Shown: in pieces, positions 8,444 to 16,447 of the stretch
How positions within the stretch are numbered: position 1 is the stretch's first letter
Layout of the letters: each line of letters starts with the position of its first letter
From: Coprobacillaceae bacterium
GTDB lineage: Bacteria; Bacillota_I; Bacilli_A; Erysipelotrichales; Coprobacillaceae
Length of the DNA: 32,000 nt
Assembly (NCBI GenBank): GCA_963675515.1
Contig: OY776328.1
Span: forward strand, 390,001-422,000
Reading direction: 5' to 3'
Made by a program: the position numbers and the translations under genes
The notes under the pieces: generated by a model
The model's input: only the letters and a program-made list of their open reading frames with translations
Database searches by the model: none
What the model was told of the DNA's origin: nothing

Positions 8444-8519
8444 GACCCGCTAGCTCAGTCGGTAGAGCATCTGACTTTTAATCAGAGGGTCAGGCGTTCG
8501 AGTCGCCTGCGGGTCACCA
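8444..8519 (+). tRNA. tRNA-Lys(TTT)
   Basis: Acceptor GACCCGC/GCGGGTC, anticodon loop CTTTTAA, encoded CCA. Confidence 0.9.
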
Positions 8520-8545
8520 TTTTAATAAATTTAAATCCATCTTTT

Positions 8546-8634
8546 GCCCAGGTGGCGAAATTGGTAGACGCACAGGACTTAAAATCCTGCGGACCTTAAA
8601 ATCCGTGACGGTTCGACTCCGTCCCTGGGCACCA
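8546..8634 (+). tRNA. tRNA-Leu(TAA), long variable arm
   Basis: Acceptor GCCCAGG/CCTGGGC, anticodon loop CTTAAAA, type-II variable arm, encoded CCA. Confidence 0.88.
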
Positions 8635-8643
8635 TTCATATAT

Positions 8644-8717
8644 GCGGGTGTAGTTCAATGGTAGAACTTCAGCCTTCCAAGCTGACTACGTGGGTTCGAT
8701 TCCCATCACCCGCTCCA
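8644..8717 (+). tRNA. tRNA-Gly(TCC), copy 1
   Basis: Acceptor GCGGGTG/CACCCGC, anticodon loop CTTCCAA, encoded CCA. Confidence 0.9.
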
Positions 8718-8744
8718 TTTAAAATTTAATATCTTCGCAATATT

Positions 8745-8818
8745 GCGGGTGTAGTTCAATGGTAGAACTTCAGCCTTCCAAGCTGACTACGTGGGTTCGA
8801 TTCCCATCACCCGCTCCA
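8745..8818 (+). tRNA. tRNA-Gly(TCC), copy 2
   Basis: 74/74 identical to copy 1. Confidence 0.9.
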
Positions 8819-8836
8819 AATTATTTCCCTTATGTT

Positions 8837-8910
8837 GCGGGTGTAGTTCAATGGTAGAACTTCAGCCTTCCAAGCTGACTACGTGGGTTCGATTCCCATC
8901 ACCCGCTCCA
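8837..8910 (+). tRNA. tRNA-Gly(TCC), copy 3
   Basis: 74/74 identical to copy 1. Confidence 0.9.
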
Positions 8911-8914
8911 TTGC

Positions 8915-8990
8915 GCTTGAATAGCTCAGTTGGTAGAGCACTCGGCTGTTAACCGAGCGGTCGTAGGTTCGAGTCCTACTTCAAGCGCCA
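8915..8990 (+). tRNA. tRNA-Asn(GTT)
   Basis: Acceptor GCTTGAA/TTCAAGC, anticodon loop CTGTTAA, encoded CCA. Confidence 0.88.
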
Positions 8991-8997
8991 TTTTATT

Positions 8998-9073
8998 GGC
9001 CCGTTGGAGAAACGGTTAACTCACATGCCTTTCACGCATGCATTCACGGGTTCGAATCCCGTACGGGTCACCA
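8998..9073 (+). tRNA. tRNA-Glu(TTC)
   Basis: GGCCCGTTGG...CTTTCAC...GGGTTCGAATCCCGTACGGGTCACCA, close to B. subtilis tRNA-Glu. Confidence 0.88.
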
Positions 9074-9086
9074 TTTAGAAAATCAA

Positions 9087-9116
9087 CTCAAGTACCTAAC
9101 TACTTGGGTTTTTTAT
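9087..9116 (+). terminator. intrinsic terminator of the tRNA array
   Basis: CTCAAGTA / TACTTGGG stem (with one G-U pair), loop CCTAAC, then TTTTTTATTT. Confidence 0.7.
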
Positions 9117-9135
9117 TTATAGAGGGGGTGTTGCA

Positions 9136-9912
9136 ATGGTTGCTTTTGATTTGATTTGGTTGCTTCTGGTCGGTTGTGCCGGGGCTTTTCCGTTCGATTA
9201 TGCCAGCAATGTTCTGATGGGTTCCAATTATTCCGGTTATCTTAGCATCGGTGTCAATCCGATGACTGTGGTCCTTTTGATGCTTGTCGGCCTTTTCATC
9301 GGTCTGCTTGGCAGAAATTCCATCAGGCTGCAGGCCATATTCACATCAGGCAAGATGTCTGAGCGAAGGATACTTTATGCGGTTTTTCTTTCGGGGCTGA
9401 TCAGCCTGGTCTTCTACGTCCTTTTAGGCAAGCTCAGTTACTCGCTGAGTCTCGACAACCGCTATATCGGGGTTGGAATGCTTGGCAATGCGATCACGAT
9501 CCTGGTTGGAGCGATGGTTAAAAAGGGACGCAAGGAGATTGAATCATTCCAGGTTGTGGATGGTCTTTTCATCGGCGGGGCGTCATTGCTGGCGTTTTTC
9601 CCTGGGGCTTCGTTTCTGGGGGCTCTGTTCCTGCTTTTGCGTTTCCGGGGTTACAATTACAGGGCAATAGGCGAGATTTCGTCGCTGGCATTGATGGTCA
9701 ATGTGCTAACAGCTATCTTTTCCTATCTGATATTGTTCCCTGGCTATTTCGATTTCAACGGCTCTTTTGGGTTTGGACTGATGATGATGGTCATTGCGGC
9801 AATCGCCGGGGCGGTTTCGACTTTTGGCTACGAGATCATTTTGCAGCATAAACTCCCCAAACTACTGGCGCTTGTCAGCTTCCTGGCGGGAATAATATTG
9901 GTGTTTTTCTGA
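9136..9912 (+). CDS. polytopic membrane protein, distant UppP/BacA-like with catalytic motifs apparently substituted
   Basis: 258 aa, about 8 TM helices, RBS GAGGGGG. FFPGASFLGALFLLLRFRGYNYRAIGEISSLALMVNV parallels the BacA motif WPGFSRSGATISGG..GVSR..A.EFSFLLAVP but lacks the SRSG Arg/Ser. N-terminal GCAGAFPFDYASN parallels EGLTEFLPVSSTGH without the Glu/His. Alignment made from memory. Confidence 0.5.
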   Translation: MVAFDLIWLLLVGCAGAFPFDYASNVLMGSNYSGYLSIGVNPMTVVLLMLVGLFIGLLGRNSIRLQAIFTSGKMSERRILYAVFLSGLISLVFYVLLGKLSYSLSLDNRYIGVGMLGNAITILVGAMVKKGRKEIESFQVVDGLFIGGASLLAFFPGASFLGALFLLLRFRGYNYRAIGEISSLALMVNVLTAIFSYLILFPGYFDFNGSFGFGLMMMVIAAIAGAVSTFGYEIILQHKLPKLLALVSFLAGIILVFF

Positions 9913-9941
9913 TGGCGGGTGCTCCTGTCATCTTTTTGTTT
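9911..9941 (+). terminator. putative intrinsic terminator after the membrane-protein gene
   Basis: GATGGCGGG / CCTGTCATC stem (G-U wobbles) followed by TTTTTGTTTT. Confidence 0.45.
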
Positions 9942-9944
9942 TAA

Positions 9945-9986
9945 AGTAAAAATAAAAAAGCTCCCAAGGCTAGCAGTAGGAGCTGT
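9945..9986 (-). terminator. intrinsic terminator of trpS
   Basis: On the minus strand: AGCTCC-loop-GGAGCT followed by TTTTTTATTTTTAC. Confidence 0.6.
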
Positions 9987-9990
9987 GAAA

Positions 9991-10977
9991 TTATTTGCGG
10001 ATGGTGATTCCAAGTTTGCGTTCAACTTTGGCTAGCTTCTTTTTGGCCAGATAAGAAGCCTTTTGCGCCCCTTGGTCAAGCACCTGGGTGATGTAATTGC
10101 CTTTGATGATTTCCTTGTATTGGGACTGGATTTTCTCCAGGCTTTCCCCCAAAACGTTGGCCAGGTCCTTCTTGAAGTCGCCATAGCCGCTGTCTTTGTA
10201 TTTTTCTTCCAGTTCGCCGATTGGAATGTTTGTCAGGGTCGTGTATATTTCCAGCAGGTTCGAGATTCCCGGTTTGTTTTCCGGATCGTAGATGATCTTG
10301 CCGTCGGTGTCGGTAACCGCGGACATGATTTTCTTCTTGGAAACATTGATGTCGTCAAGGATGTAGATGCACCCTTTCGGGTTTTCGCCTGATTTCGACA
10401 TTTTTTTTGTAGGATTCTGCAAATCCATTATCTTGGCCCCGATTTTTGGCACCAGCGGTTCAGGCAGTTTGAAAGTTTCACTGTAGCGGCTGTTGAAGCG
10501 GATTGCCAGGTCGCGCGCCAGCTCGCAGTGCTGTTTCTGGTCGATTCCCACCGGAACAAAGTCGGGATCGTACATCAGGATGTCGGCGGCCATCAAAGAT
10601 GGGTAGTTGAATATTCCGGCTCCTATCGATTCTCCTTTGGACATCTTGTCCTTGTATTGGGTCATCCGTGAAAGTTCGCCCATAGAAACCATGCACCCCA
10701 GATACCATCCTAACTGGGCATGTTCCGGGACATCCGACTGCAAAAAGAGCGTCACCCTTTCCGGGTCAAGCCCGGCCGCCAGATACAGGGCGATCAGGTT
10801 CTTGGTGTTTTCACGCAGTTCTTTGGGTTCGACGTAGATTGTCATCGAGTGCAGATTGGCGACAAATACGAACATCTCGTATTCATCCTGATATTCAACG
10901 AAGGGTTTTATGGCACCCAAATAGTTACCTAATGTCACGCTTCCGGTTGGTTTAATACCACTAAGCATTCTTTTCAT
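9991..10977 (-). CDS. trpS: tryptophan--tRNA ligase
   Basis: SGIKPTGSVTLGNYLG (HIGH-region equivalent of TrpRS), KMSKS, 328 aa, RBS AAGGAG. Confidence 0.95.
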   Translation of the reverse strand: MKRMLSGIKPTGSVTLGNYLGAIKPFVEYQDEYEMFVFVANLHSMTIYVEPKELRENTKNLIALYLAAGLDPERVTLFLQSDVPEHAQLGWYLGCMVSMGELSRMTQYKDKMSKGESIGAGIFNYPSLMAADILMYDPDFVPVGIDQKQHCELARDLAIRFNSRYSETFKLPEPLVPKIGAKIMDLQNPTKKMSKSGENPKGCIYILDDINVSKKKIMSAVTDTDGKIIYDPENKPGISNLLEIYTTLTNIPIGELEEKYKDSGYGDFKKDLANVLGESLEKIQSQYKEIIKGNYITQVLDQGAQKASYLAKKKLAKVERKLGITIRK

Positions 10978-11286
10978 GATAGAATCTCCTTTAAACTGAT
11001 TTCAATAAGTATAGCATAATATCAATTTCAATAATAGTGCCAAAAAATTCGGATTGTTTTCAATTATGGCTTGAAAACATGCACATTTTGGTGTATTTTA
11101 TATTTGAGCTCAAATATCGATAAAAATCGAATTGTAGCCGTCTGGCTGAGCTTTATCCACAAAAAAACAATATCAAATAAACATAAGTCCATAATCGAAT
11201 ATATTTTTTGCCAAATGGCCCAAATGATTAAAAAAGCATTTAATTCGCCTTTGATTCATGTAATAATATAACAAGGAGGGATTTAT

Positions 11287-11748
11287 ATGATTCGTATATA
11301 TACAGCACCTAGCTGCGCTAGTTGCAGAAAAGTAAAAGCGTGGTTGAAAGAACATAATATTCCCTATGTTGAAAAAAATATCTTCTCGACAATCCTTCGT
11401 GAAGGGGAGTTGCGGGAGTTGCTTGAACGTTCGGAAAACGGGACCGATGACATAATCTCGAAACGGTCTAAAATAATCAAGGACAACGATATTGATGTAG
11501 AAACAATGTCGCTCAATGAACTGATCAAGTTCATCCAGGAGAATCCTTCGGTATTGAAGCGTCCGATCATGATTGATGAACGCCGCTTCCAGGTCGGTTA
11601 CAACGCTGAAGAAATCCGCGTTTTCATCCCCAGGGAATTGCGCCAGCTTGCCCAATGCAAGATTCCATCTGAGGAATGTCCTCATTTCAATTCGGGAAAA
11701 AGATGGGAAAACCTTAAGAAGGAGTATCAGGAAAACAACGCCCAATAG
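11287..11748 (+). CDS. spx: Spx/ArsC-family redox-sensing transcriptional regulator with extended C-terminus
   Basis: MIRIYTAPSCASCRKVKAWLKEHNIPYVEKNIF (CxxC) is collinear with B. subtilis Spx to about residue 118, then a longer divergent tail. RBS AAGGAGGG. Confidence 0.9.
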   Translation: MIRIYTAPSCASCRKVKAWLKEHNIPYVEKNIFSTILREGELRELLERSENGTDDIISKRSKIIKDNDIDVETMSLNELIKFIQENPSVLKRPIMIDERRFQVGYNAEEIRVFIPRELRQLAQCKIPSEECPHFNSGKRWENLKKEYQENNAQ

Positions 11749-11776
11749 ACGACTGCAAAGTCGTCTTTTATTTTTC
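11747..11776. terminator. bidirectional terminator between spx and the pseudouridine synthase gene
   Basis: AGACGACT-GCAA-AGTCGTCT 8-bp perfect stem followed by TTTTATTTTT. Overlaps the convergent gene's stop. Confidence 0.7.
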
Positions 11777-12577
11777 GATTTTTTCAATTGTGATCAGCTT
11801 GCCGGTATAGGGATTCACAAACTCGATCTTCACGCTTCTAAGATACATAACACCTGTTCCCGGGTTGTAGAGCTCGTCGTCAAGCAGTGGATGGCCGATG
11901 GCTTTGAGGTGGACCCGGATCTGGTGGGTCCGTCCGGTTTCCAGGATGCACTCGACCAAAGTGTCTGATCCGACATGTTCCAACGGCCTGACATGGGTCA
12001 GGGCGCTCTTGCCTCTTTGATCGACGGTTCGAACCATGCTTATTCCATCGTCGTAGATGGGCAGGTCGATGGTCAAAGGCTCCTCAAGCTTTCCTGCTAC
12101 CAGGGCATGGTACACCCTTTTGACCTGTTTGATGTCCTGGCTAAGCAGGAAATGGGAATAGCGGTCCTTGGCGACAAGGAGCAATCCCTGGGTCTGCCGA
12201 TCGAGCCGGTTGACGAAGTGGACGGTGCTGGAAATGCCGTGTTCATTATAGTAGGCAACGATTCCGTTGGCCAGCGAATTCCCATAATGGTTTTTGGTGG
12301 GAATGCATGCCAGACCGGCGGGCTTGTCAATGACCAGATAATGTTCGTCTTCAAACATGATATCGATATCCATAACAATCGGGACTATGTCGCATTTTTC
12401 TTCTGGCATGACAATTTCCAGGCAGTCGCCGGGAACCAGCTGGTATCGCACCGTTTTTTCCATTCCATTGACCAGGATCCGTCCCCTGGATTTGATGTCC
12501 TTGACCAGCTTGCGTGAGAGTCCGGTGTCGCTTAAATAATCACGGAGCAGGATGGATTCATGAATGGAGAATCTCAT
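11768..12577 (-). CDS. RluA-family (RluD/YjbO-like) 23S rRNA pseudouridine synthase
   Basis: N-terminal S4-like region, catalytic HRLDRQTQGLLLVAK and GRTHQIRVHL motifs. ATGA overlap with nadK. Confidence 0.9.
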   Translation of the reverse strand: MRFSIHESILLRDYLSDTGLSRKLVKDIKSRGRILVNGMEKTVRYQLVPGDCLEIVMPEEKCDIVPIVMDIDIMFEDEHYLVIDKPAGLACIPTKNHYGNSLANGIVAYYNEHGISSTVHFVNRLDRQTQGLLLVAKDRYSHFLLSQDIKQVKRVYHALVAGKLEEPLTIDLPIYDDGISMVRTVDQRGKSALTHVRPLEHVGSDTLVECILETGRTHQIRVHLKAIGHPLLDDELYNPGTGVMYLRSVKIEFVNPYTGKLITIEKIEK

Positions 12578-13356
12578 GAATTGATGAAAGCGCGGGCGAT
12601 CCGTTTGATGAACGAACGTTCCCGGTACTCGATGAATTTGACATAGCGTTTGGAAACCCGGACCTTGACTTCGATGACATCATCGACGACATGGAACATG
12701 TGGTCCATACCAAGGTAAAGGGGGTTGAAATTCTTGGATATCAGGGATATCTCGTTTGACGAATCGAGGATCAAAGGGGAACCAAGCGAATGATAGGCGT
12801 TGTGGGAGATTGCGGCTACTTCGGTTAGCTGCATGACCTGGATGCCTGGATAGATAACCGCTCCGCCCAGGGATTTGTTGTAGGCGGTGGAACCGCTGTT
12901 GGTCGAGACGCAGACGCCGTTGCCCCGGAACACTTCCAGGAAATCGCCGTTGATGGAGATGTTCACGGCCTGGGAATAGAAGCCATGGTCGGTCCGCATC
13001 TCGTTGAGGGCGTAGAATGTCTGGCTTCCTTTGTTTGAAATCACTTCGACTTCAAGCAGGTGGCGGCGGTTGATCGCCCCTTCGCCGTTGATGATGTCCT
13101 CGATAAGCATGTCGACTTCGTTGACCCGGTAGTCGGTGAAAAAACCCAGGGTTCCGGTATGGACCCCGACAAAACTGCACTGGCAGTCAAGATATTTGTG
13201 GACGGCATCGAGAATGGTCCCGTCGCCTCCCACGGAGATGACCAGGTCGGGGTTTTCATTGTCGCGAACGAAATGACCTTTCAGCTTTTCATCGATATCG
13301 TCAGCCACCTGATGCGACAATTCGTCGCCGCGAATCACAATTGTGTATTTTTCCAT
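12574..13356 (-). CDS. nadK: NAD kinase
   Basis: GGDGT motif (VISVGGDGTILDA), NE..., STAYNKSLGG. 260 aa. RBS AAGGAGAG. Confidence 0.92.
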   Translation of the reverse strand: MEKYTIVIRGDELSHQVADDIDEKLKGHFVRDNENPDLVISVGGDGTILDAVHKYLDCQCSFVGVHTGTLGFFTDYRVNEVDMLIEDIINGEGAINRRHLLEVEVISNKGSQTFYALNEMRTDHGFYSQAVNISINGDFLEVFRGNGVCVSTNSGSTAYNKSLGGAVIYPGIQVMQLTEVAAISHNAYHSLGSPLILDSSNEISLISKNFNPLYLGMDHMFHVVDDVIEVKVRVSKRYVKFIEYRERSFIKRIARAFINS

Positions 13357-13414
13357 GATGTCTCTCCTTTGCCACTTAGAACATTATACCCCAGCAGATT
13401 GCAAATCTCAAATG

Positions 13415-13443
13415 TTGTAATCTTCAAACTTATAAAGTATAAT
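13415..13443 (+). promoter_or_regulatory. sigma-A-type promoter of the CYTH gene
   Basis: TTGTAA-N17-TATAAT. The -10 box overlaps the first ATG of the ORF (13442), arguing for the downstream GTG start. Confidence 0.45.
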
Positions 13444-13462
13444 GGAAAAAAGGAGAGATAGT

Positions 13463-14044
13463 GTGCATAATTTAGAAATTGAGTTCAAACAGCTTCTTAG
13501 CGAACAACAGTTTTACCAAATTCTTGAAGATTACAGCGCATATCATCACAAGACTTACTACCAGACAAACTACTATCTGACACATCCGATTCTGGAAAAA
13601 AAGAAAATGAGCCTCAGGGTCCGTCAAAAGAACAATCATTACGAACTGACGCTCAAACAACCCCAGAAAATCGGATTGTTGGAGACAAACATAGACATAT
13701 CACCAAAGCAGTTCAACCTCATCATGAGCGGTGAGTTTTTGGAAAATGAGATATTTGAGAACCTGGTGCGCATGGATATCAACTACCTGGAATCGGAACT
13801 TTATCTGACGACAAGGCGGTGTGACATAATCCTGCCTGAAGGTTTGCTTTCTATCGATGAAAACGAATATATGGGTAAAATCGATTACGAGCTGGAATTG
13901 GAAGTCGATCAATATGATAAGGGCGCGAAGTTTTTCAAGAGTTTCCTGGAGAAGTACGACATCGAATATCAGGAAAACTGCGATTCGAAAATAAAGAGGC
14001 TCCTGGACTATGTCAAAGAAAAAAAGGCTGTTGGAAATGACTGA
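13463..14044 (+). CDS. CYTH-domain protein (YjbK-like triphosphate tunnel metalloenzyme)
   Basis: N-terminal EIEFK signature (HNLEIEFKQLL), later SLRVR...ELTLK and YELELEV strands. GTG 13463 is preceded by AAGGAGAG. The ORF is open from 13442. Confidence 0.78.
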   Translation: MHNLEIEFKQLLSEQQFYQILEDYSAYHHKTYYQTNYYLTHPILEKKKMSLRVRQKNNHYELTLKQPQKIGLLETNIDISPKQFNLIMSGEFLENEIFENLVRMDINYLESELYLTTRRCDIILPEGLLSIDENEYMGKIDYELELEVDQYDKGAKFFKSFLEKYDIEYQENCDSKIKRLLDYVKEKKAVGND

Positions 14045-14057
14045 GTCATTCCTTCAA
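14009..14057. terminator. bidirectional terminator at the convergent CYTH / SEDS gene ends
   Basis: AAGGCT...GGAAATGAC-TGA-GTCATTCC...AGCCTT long hairpin flanked by an A-run and TTTTTT. Confidence 0.6.
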
Positions 14058-14064
14058 GCCTTTT

Positions 14065-15270
14065 TTAGTTCACCACATAACGGTTCTTTCCTTCTTTGAT
14101 GCGGGTCTGTTTCTCGGCCTCGAAAACCATGCCCACCACAATCATGTACGAAAGCAATGAAGATCCGCCATAGGAAAGCAGCGGCAGGGTGATTCCGGTG
14201 ATCGGCAGCAGGCCTAGAATCATCCCGATGTTCCAGAACTGCTGGAATATCAGCATTCCCATGAAACCGGAAATAAGGTACTTGTTGCGGGGATCCTCGC
14301 AGCGGATACCGACATAGATGATCGAGAAATCGAAAAACAGGATTGCCAGCAGTGTCGCCAGGCCGCCCATGAATCCGAAATCCTGACAGATGACTGCGAA
14401 GATGAAGTCAGTCTGGGCTTCGGGGAAGTTGATGATGACCGACTGGAATCCGTGACCGAATGCGCCTGATGTTCCATACGACATCAGCGCATTGAGCAAC
14501 TGGTAGCCCTGGTTTTCATAAGTTCCCTCAGGGTCGAGCCAGCCATAGATCCGGCCCAGCTTGTAGTCGCCTCCGAATATGGCGACGATGACCTCATGGT
14601 GGAAGACGAAAAGGTAGGCGACAAGGACAATCGTCAGCCCAAGCCCGATGAACATCACGGAAAACCAGCGGTGGTTCAATCCGGCCGAGAAGGCGATGGC
14701 CACAATTGCAGCGAAGATGATCAGGGTAACTCCGGTGTCATTTTGGAGCAGGATCAGGAAGACCGGCAAAACGGTAACCTTGAGAATCTTGTAGATCAAA
14801 AGCAGATCGTCCTCGAGCAACTTGCTTTTGCCGTTGATATTGTGCTGGTAGATCAGATCTGCCAACGTGACAACCAGGAAGACCTTCATGAACTCCGACG
14901 GCTGCAATGAAAACCCGGGAAGCGAGTACCAGGAAGTGGCTCCGTTGAGGTGGAGAGCCAGTGGTACGAACGATATTCCAAACTTGGTGATGGCGATATG
15001 CTCTATAGCCAATCCCGCCAGCAGGGCGATCAAGAACCAATAGATGACCCACTTGGCTGAGTAGATCCGGTCGTTTGTGTAATTGAAGATGAAGACAATT
15101 ATTCCTAGACCAATGGCATAGAATAATGCCTGTTTTATAAAGTAACCTTCCGGATTGGCGTAGTTGATCAGAGGGGTGGCTCCCCAGATGGCGATAATCG
15201 AGATCGACGCCATGATCAAAACTGCCAGGACAAACCGGAAGGAAACCAGATGCTTTTCCTTTAAGGGCAT
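14065..15270 (-). CDS. FtsW/RodA/SpoVE (SEDS) family peptidoglycan glycosyltransferase
   Basis: Multi-TM protein with conserved QPSEFMK, PEAQTDFIFA and GITLPLLSYGGSSLL motifs. ATG at 15270 has a GGAGG RBS 5 nt upstream. The ORF is open to a TTG at 15285. Confidence 0.9.
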   Translation of the reverse strand: MPLKEKHLVSFRFVLAVLIMASISIIAIWGATPLINYANPEGYFIKQALFYAIGLGIIVFIFNYTNDRIYSAKWVIYWFLIALLAGLAIEHIAITKFGISFVPLALHLNGATSWYSLPGFSLQPSEFMKVFLVVTLADLIYQHNINGKSKLLEDDLLLIYKILKVTVLPVFLILLQNDTGVTLIIFAAIVAIAFSAGLNHRWFSVMFIGLGLTIVLVAYLFVFHHEVIVAIFGGDYKLGRIYGWLDPEGTYENQGYQLLNALMSYGTSGAFGHGFQSVIINFPEAQTDFIFAVICQDFGFMGGLATLLAILFFDFSIIYVGIRCEDPRNKYLISGFMGMLIFQQFWNIGMILGLLPITGITLPLLSYGGSSLLSYMIVVGMVFEAEKQTRIKEGKNRYVVN

Positions 15271-15307
15271 AATAACCTCCGACAAAAATAATAGTTTTTA
15301 TTAACGT

Positions 15308-15325
15308 ATTATAGTATACTATAAT
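15308..15325. promoter_or_regulatory. 18-bp perfect palindrome carrying back-to-back divergent TATAAT boxes
   Basis: ATTATAGTATACTATAAT. TATAAT is at 15320-15325 on the plus strand and at 15313-15308 on the minus strand. Lies between the divergent SEDS and EIIB-like genes. Confidence 0.5.
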
Positions 15326-15361
15326 TTGAAATTAAAACAATGTTTAGGAGGTTTTTTTACA

Positions 15362-15712
15362 ATGACCATTAATGAATATTTGCCATACATCATTGCCGGA
15401 TTGGCGTTGACCATCATCGTTGTCTGGTTCATCCTGGCCCGCTACTTGAAGGGGAAGAAAATCCAGGCCACCCGCAAGGTCAATATCGATGTGGAAAAGA
15501 TAATAACTGCACTGGGAGGTAAGGACAACGTCACATCCGCCAAGGCGACCAACTCAAGACTTTCGGTCGAACTCAAAGACGACCAGAAACTTAAGATCGA
15601 AGATCTCAAACAACTTGGTGCTTCGGGAATAGTCCAAACAACAAACAAAGTCACAGTCATCCTGGGACAGGTTTCCCAACTTGTCGCAAATGAAATCGAT
15701 AACAATCGATGA
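15362..15712 (+). CDS. membrane-anchored PTS EIIB(Glc)-like domain protein lacking the phospho-cysteine
   Basis: One TM helix (PYIIAGLALTIIVVWFILA) followed by ALGGKDNVTSAKATNSRLSVELKD, matching the EIIB consensus GGxxNI..v.hCxTRLR..vkD with Thr63 at the Cys position. AGGAGG RBS before ATG 15362. Confidence 0.7.
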   Translation: MTINEYLPYIIAGLALTIIVVWFILARYLKGKKIQATRKVNIDVEKIITALGGKDNVTSAKATNSRLSVELKDDQKLKIEDLKQLGASGIVQTTNKVTVILGQVSQLVANEIDNNR

Positions 15713-15852
15713 ATTACACATAAGACCCATAAAATGCTTAATTTTCTTAACATAAATCTTCGATATTCATTACATATAAGTGAATAAGTGTAATATAAAT
15801 GATGAAATTAATGGATAAATGTAATTTTTTACACTATACTGAAGTGTTTTAA

Positions 15853-15881
15853 TTGAATATCAAATACACATGAGTTATAAT
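15853..15881 (+). promoter_or_regulatory. sigma-A promoter of pilA
   Basis: TTGAAT (15853-15858), 17-nt spacer, TATAAT (15876-15881), in a very AT-rich 210-nt intergenic region. Confidence 0.6.
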
Positions 15882-15923
15882 GTAACTATGAAACATATAA
15901 CTCTATGAAAGGGAGAAAAGAAA

Positions 15924-16406
15924 ATGAAAAGAAAATTAAAAGAATTAATGAATCGCGCTCTTCGTAAAGAAGAAGGTTTCACATTAGTTGAAATCATCGT
16001 AGTAATCGTTATTATGGCTATCTTGGCTGCAATCGCTGTTCCTTCTGTATTGTCATATATCAATGATGCCAACGATGCAAAGTACGTTGCTGAAGCAAGA
16101 GCAATTTATTTGGCAATCCAAGTTGAGGAAACCAAATACAATGCAACAAGCACTGCGGACGGAACAGCTTTGGCGAATGTAGATAGTACTAAAACTGGAG
16201 AAACTGATGCGGGAAAAATAATCTTTGACAATGTTAAGACAAGAATTGCTAAGGATTCATCGGGTCTAGCAGTTACTAGTGCTACTTATGCAACAGCTGG
16301 TACTCCTGCGATTGGAACCTATACTATCGGATTTACTTCAGCGGATAAATCAACTCAAACGGCAACGGTAACTGCCAATGACGAAGTTAAAATCACTGCA
16401 AAATAA
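15924..16406 (+). CDS. pilA: type IV major pilin (prepilin with 18-aa leader)
   Basis: MKRKLKELMNRALRKEEG|FTLVEIIVVIVIMAILAAIAVPS is a class III signal with Gly-1, Phe+1 and Glu+5. Ser/Thr/Ala-rich, Cys-free globular part. RBS GGGAGAAAAG. Confidence 0.9.
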   Translation: MKRKLKELMNRALRKEEGFTLVEIIVVIVIMAILAAIAVPSVLSYINDANDAKYVAEARAIYLAIQVEETKYNATSTADGTALANVDSTKTGETDAGKIIFDNVKTRIAKDSSGLAVTSATYATAGTPAIGTYTIGFTSADKSTQTATVTANDEVKITAK

Positions 16407-16415
16407 CAATTGCTA

Positions 16416-16447
16416 AAAAGAGTTATGTAGGTAACTCTTTTTTTATT
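16416..16447 (+). terminator. intrinsic terminator after pilA
   Basis: AAGAGTTAT-GTAG-GTAACTCTT stem-loop followed by TTTTTTATTT. Confidence 0.7.

Noticed and set aside
10978-11286. Expected T-box leader upstream of trpS.
   Set aside because: No T-box sequence (GGTGGTACCGCG-like, reverse complement on the plus strand) and no specifier/antiterminator architecture is visible in the 310-nt AT-rich intergenic region.
15713-15923. Possible c-di-GMP riboswitch upstream of pilA, as found in some clostridia.
   Set aside because: The region is uniformly AT-rich with no GC-containing conserved helices. It is fully explained by a promoter plus a short leader.
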